NCBI GenBank assembly: GCA_963796285.1
Contig: CAWCKW010000012.1
Coordinates: 960,001 to 1,024,000, forward strand
Source: Nitrospirota bacterium
GTDB lineage: Bacteria; Nitrospirota; UBA9217
Direction: 5' to 3'
Length of the DNA: 64,000 bases
This document shows, piece by piece, positions 61,140-64,000 of this stretch. The notes under the pieces were generated by a model that saw only the letters and a program-made list of their open reading frames with translations, made no database searches and was not told the DNA's origin. Both the position numbers and the translations under genes were made by a program. Every line of letters begins with the position of its first letter. Positions within the stretch are counted from its first letter, which is position 1.

Positions 61140-61442
61140 ACCTCACTCTCCGGCCCGCTGACGACCACCTGGTTACGCTCTGATTGCTTGGCCCCTCATA
61201 GAGCTCGGCCTGCTGCTTTGTGAATCCTGTTGGGCAACCGGAGACATGGGTCAACTGCACAAATGCTGATCCTCAATATGGATCGCCGAGGCGAAAGCAC
61301 CCACGGTTTGTTCCGAGATGCGGATCGTATCCAACTGCATGTTCTGGATATCGTTATGCATATAAACGCCGATCATAAAGGGGATGAAGAGCGAACGCGA
61401 TAGGACGATCTTCGCATCGAATCTATTTCGAATACGTAACAT
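61140..61442 (-). pseudogene. Collapsed relic of a membrane diguanylate cyclase
   Basis: TM-like N-terminus, then a broken AA.RA-LYE-AKQSERNQVV matching the GGDEF C-terminal AD.ALY.AK..GRN.V. Confidence 0.45.
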
Positions 61443-61449
61443 ACGCAGG

Positions 61450-62835
61450 TCATCTCACTTCACCGCCCACCGTGATCTCGGGTATCCGAAGCGTCGGCTG
61501 GGCATCGCTTACCGGCGACCCCTGCCCGTCTTTGCCGCAGGTCCCTATCGAGAACCCGAGATCGGAGCCCACCCGGTCGATCGAGAGAAGTACCTGCGGT
61601 CCATTTCCCGTAAGTGTGGCCCCGCGCACCAATTCACCGATCCTCCCGTTCTCGATCAGATATCCTTCGGTCACCTCGAACACAAAATCACCGTTCACCG
61701 TATTTACCTGCCCACCGCCCATCTTCTTTACAAAGAGACCGTTCGGCGTTGATCGCAGGATGTCCTCGGGATCGGCATCCCCTGGTACGATCATTGTATT
61801 CGTCATCCTCGGGATCGGCCGGTGTTTATAGGATTCGCGCCTTCCGTTCCCCGTGGACCTCGCTCCATCTTTCATGGCAGTCAGACGATCGTACATGAAT
61901 GTTTTCAAAATCCCTTCGTTCACCAGCACCGTGCGTTCCGCATGAACGCCTTCATCATCGAAACGGAACGACCCGCGCCGGCCTGGAAGCGTGGCGTCAT
62001 CCACAACGGTAATGAGCGGTGACGCGATCCGCTCTCCTCTTTTGTTCGAGTAAACCGACAGACCGGACTGGGCCAGGTCTGCCTCTAGCCCATGACCAAT
62101 GGCCTCGTGGATCATGGTGCCGCCCGCGTCAGCGGAAAGCACAACCGGCATTCTGCCGGCCGGCGCCTTTCTGGCGGACAGCATCATCACCGCGCGCCTG
62201 GCTGCTGTCTCGGCCGCCTTCTCAAGCGGGTACGCTTCAAAGAGCTCCATGCCGGCGATACCCCCGATCGGTTCGTATCCAGTCTGGACGACCTCTCCGT
62301 CCGCGGCCACGACATGGACAAGCGCGGTGAGATACATGCGTTCATCCCCGGCAAGAACACCATCAGAGTTTGCGATGAGGACGTGCTGCCTGTTTTCACG
62401 GTAGGTCACCATCGCCTGACGTATGCGCGGATCGAACGAGCGTGCGACCTTGTCCGCTCGAAGTACCATCTCTACTTTTCGGGAGGTTTCAACTTCTTCC
62501 GGGGCCTTTTTAACAGGCAGGTCAATACGCGGGTTTGCCTTGATCAGATTGATGATCGTCTGATGGCGGTCCCCCGCAGCGACCTGGCGTACAGCGTCGG
62601 CAATTTCCAGAAGTGACTCGGTCGTCAGTTCATTCGTGTATGCGTAAGCGGTCCGCTGTCCGAAAATGAGCCGTACGCCGGCGCCGCAGTCCAGCCCGGA
62701 CATGACCTTTTCAAGCCTGCTGTCCTCGCACACAAGTGAAAGCGGTGAGCTCCGTTCGATAAAAACGTCAGCGAACTCGCCGCCCCTGCTCAATGCTCTC
62801 TTCAGGACCGCGCCGAAATCAATAGGTATGTCCAA
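61450..62835 (-). CDS. tldD: TldD metalloprotease
   Basis: HEAIGHGLE, GNGRRESY, PRMTNT, GTCGKDGQ. Confidence 0.93.
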   Translation of the reverse strand: MDIPIDFGAVLKRALSRGGEFADVFIERSSPLSLVCEDSRLEKVMSGLDCGAGVRLIFGQRTAYAYTNELTTESLLEIADAVRQVAAGDRHQTIINLIKANPRIDLPVKKAPEEVETSRKVEMVLRADKVARSFDPRIRQAMVTYRENRQHVLIANSDGVLAGDERMYLTALVHVVAADGEVVQTGYEPIGGIAGMELFEAYPLEKAAETAARRAVMMLSARKAPAGRMPVVLSADAGGTMIHEAIGHGLEADLAQSGLSVYSNKRGERIASPLITVVDDATLPGRRGSFRFDDEGVHAERTVLVNEGILKTFMYDRLTAMKDGARSTGNGRRESYKHRPIPRMTNTMIVPGDADPEDILRSTPNGLFVKKMGGGQVNTVNGDFVFEVTEGYLIENGRIGELVRGATLTGNGPQVLLSIDRVGSDLGFSIGTCGKDGQGSPVSDAQPTLRIPEITVGGEVR

Positions 62836-63276
62836 TGGTTCTCCTCTACCCAGTAGAACGCCGTGATGTTCTCACGGCAGTTGTAATCGCTTATTATAGT
62901 ACACTGACCAGGGCATTTCAACGAATATCGAGCATTGAAAAAGTCTTTTAAGCAGTAACCTCCCGCGAATCAATTTAAAATGGCATATTTCTGTGCAGAG
63001 CTAGAGGTTATATGTTACATACCGAGCATCGTTGATCGTATTCATATGATTAGTAGCAAAATGCGGCCTGTTCTGTCACCACCCTTAACGAAGTCAAGGG
63101 CTCTTGCAATTCATTTGGAAATACAAGGTGTCTTGCTGCGTTCAGCTTGACAAATTCGTCGTTCGTTTGGCCTTTGAGACCACCATCAGACAAAGCCTTT
63201 TTTCCTGTTGACAAAATAGTAAATAGCGGATAATCTTTTGATAAATTCGAGAAAGACACATAGAAAATACTATCAG

Positions 63277-63648
63277 ATGAAGCACACGAAAATACTTATT
63301 GCGGATGATAATGAGAATATCCGTGAAGCGCTCACATACCTCCTCGAGGATGAAGGATATACGTTGTCGGTAGCAAAAGACGGCGGCGAGGCGCTCAGAA
63401 AGGTCAGAGAGGTCACTCCCGACATCCTGTTCCTCGACATTATGATGCCGGAGATCAACGGCTATGATGTCTGCCGCACTATCAAGAACGACCCTGACCT
63501 AAAAAAAACCTACGTCATTATGCTGACCGCCAAAGGTCAGGGGGACGAGCAAGAGCGGTGCAAGGAGATTGGAGCTGACGAATATGTCGTAAAACCTTTC
63601 AGCCCAATGGAAATACTTGCCAAGATCAATGATATCCTGGATAAGTAG
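63277..63648 (+). CDS. Single-domain response regulator
   Basis: ILIADD, LDIMMP..NG, MLTA, KPF. Confidence 0.92.
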   Translation: MKHTKILIADDNENIREALTYLLEDEGYTLSVAKDGGEALRKVREVTPDILFLDIMMPEINGYDVCRTIKNDPDLKKTYVIMLTAKGQGDEQERCKEIGADEYVVKPFSPMEILAKINDILDK

Positions 63649-63765
63649 GAACGTTATGCCAACCTTGTTAAAACGGAGACTTGCCTGGCACTCCGCTCTG
63701 AAAGCGTCTTCCGTTCTTTCTTTTAACTGCTTGACAATTCTCCGCTTTGTGAAGTAAAGTATCGC

Positions 63766-64000
63766 ATGTCGCAACGTCTTATCAGCGTCCTCAAACAAAA
63801 GAAACTATTCACTCCCACCGTGTTCGTCCTGACTATTCTCGTCGTGCTTTCGCTCATCATCATTCTCGGACAGTTTTTCCATCAGTCGCTTCAGGAAGAA
63901 ATGGCGGGCCAGTTCAACACTCAGCAGCTGCTGCTCGCCCGTGAAGTGGCCGTGAATATCGAAAGCTTTGTCGACCATGTCTACAAGAACCTCCGTGTCA
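63766..64000 (+). CDS. Membrane sensor protein N-terminus (Cache-type), partial
   Basis: Manual translation MSQRL...TM...EEMAGQFNTQQLLLAREVA; TTGACA-18nt-TAAAGT upstream. Confidence 0.65.
   Translation, partial: MSQRLISVLKQKKLFTPTVFVLTILVVLSLIIILGQFFHQSLQEEMAGQFNTQQLLLAREVAVNIESFVDHVYKNLRV

Overview
A 64-kb stretch of a moderately GC-rich diderm bacterial chromosome. Gene order and protein style suggest an anaerobic Nitrospirota or Desulfobacterota lineage (inference). Housekeeping blocks on the minus strand occupy 1-14 kb (feoB, fur, comF, gpmI, lapB, rlmH, rsfS, nadD, proA, proB, obgE, rpmA, rplU) and 48-63 kb (NtrC-type regulator, ppx, coaBC, rpoZ, gmk, remA, yicC, lepB, lepA, ROK kinase, mog, tldD). 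Between them lies an accessory region of about 15-47 kb. It holds a cytochrome c/CopD/cytochrome b5 fusion, an exported 18-Cys metallothionein-like protein, a norB fragment, a decayed integron (intI stub, attI-like site, one complete attC, cassettes) and an orphan V-ATPase subunit I. It also holds an oxidative/nitrosative stress cluster (Prx, Rrf2, cydAB, HPP, CBS, protoglobin-PsiE, ferredoxin), an ABC exporter, and a thioredoxin-fold / radical SAM / archease / RtcB operon. The most notable unexplained signals are four: a TATGAC-N4-RTCATA palindrome found three times exactly 21 bp upstream of a -10 box; the redox-linked RtcB operon; the CxC-rich exported protein; and many bipartite 7-mer and 9-mer inverted-repeat elements at intra-operon junctions. 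Frameshifts in essential genes at about 51-59 kb most likely reflect sequencing or assembly indels. No tRNA, rRNA or CRISPR array was seen.
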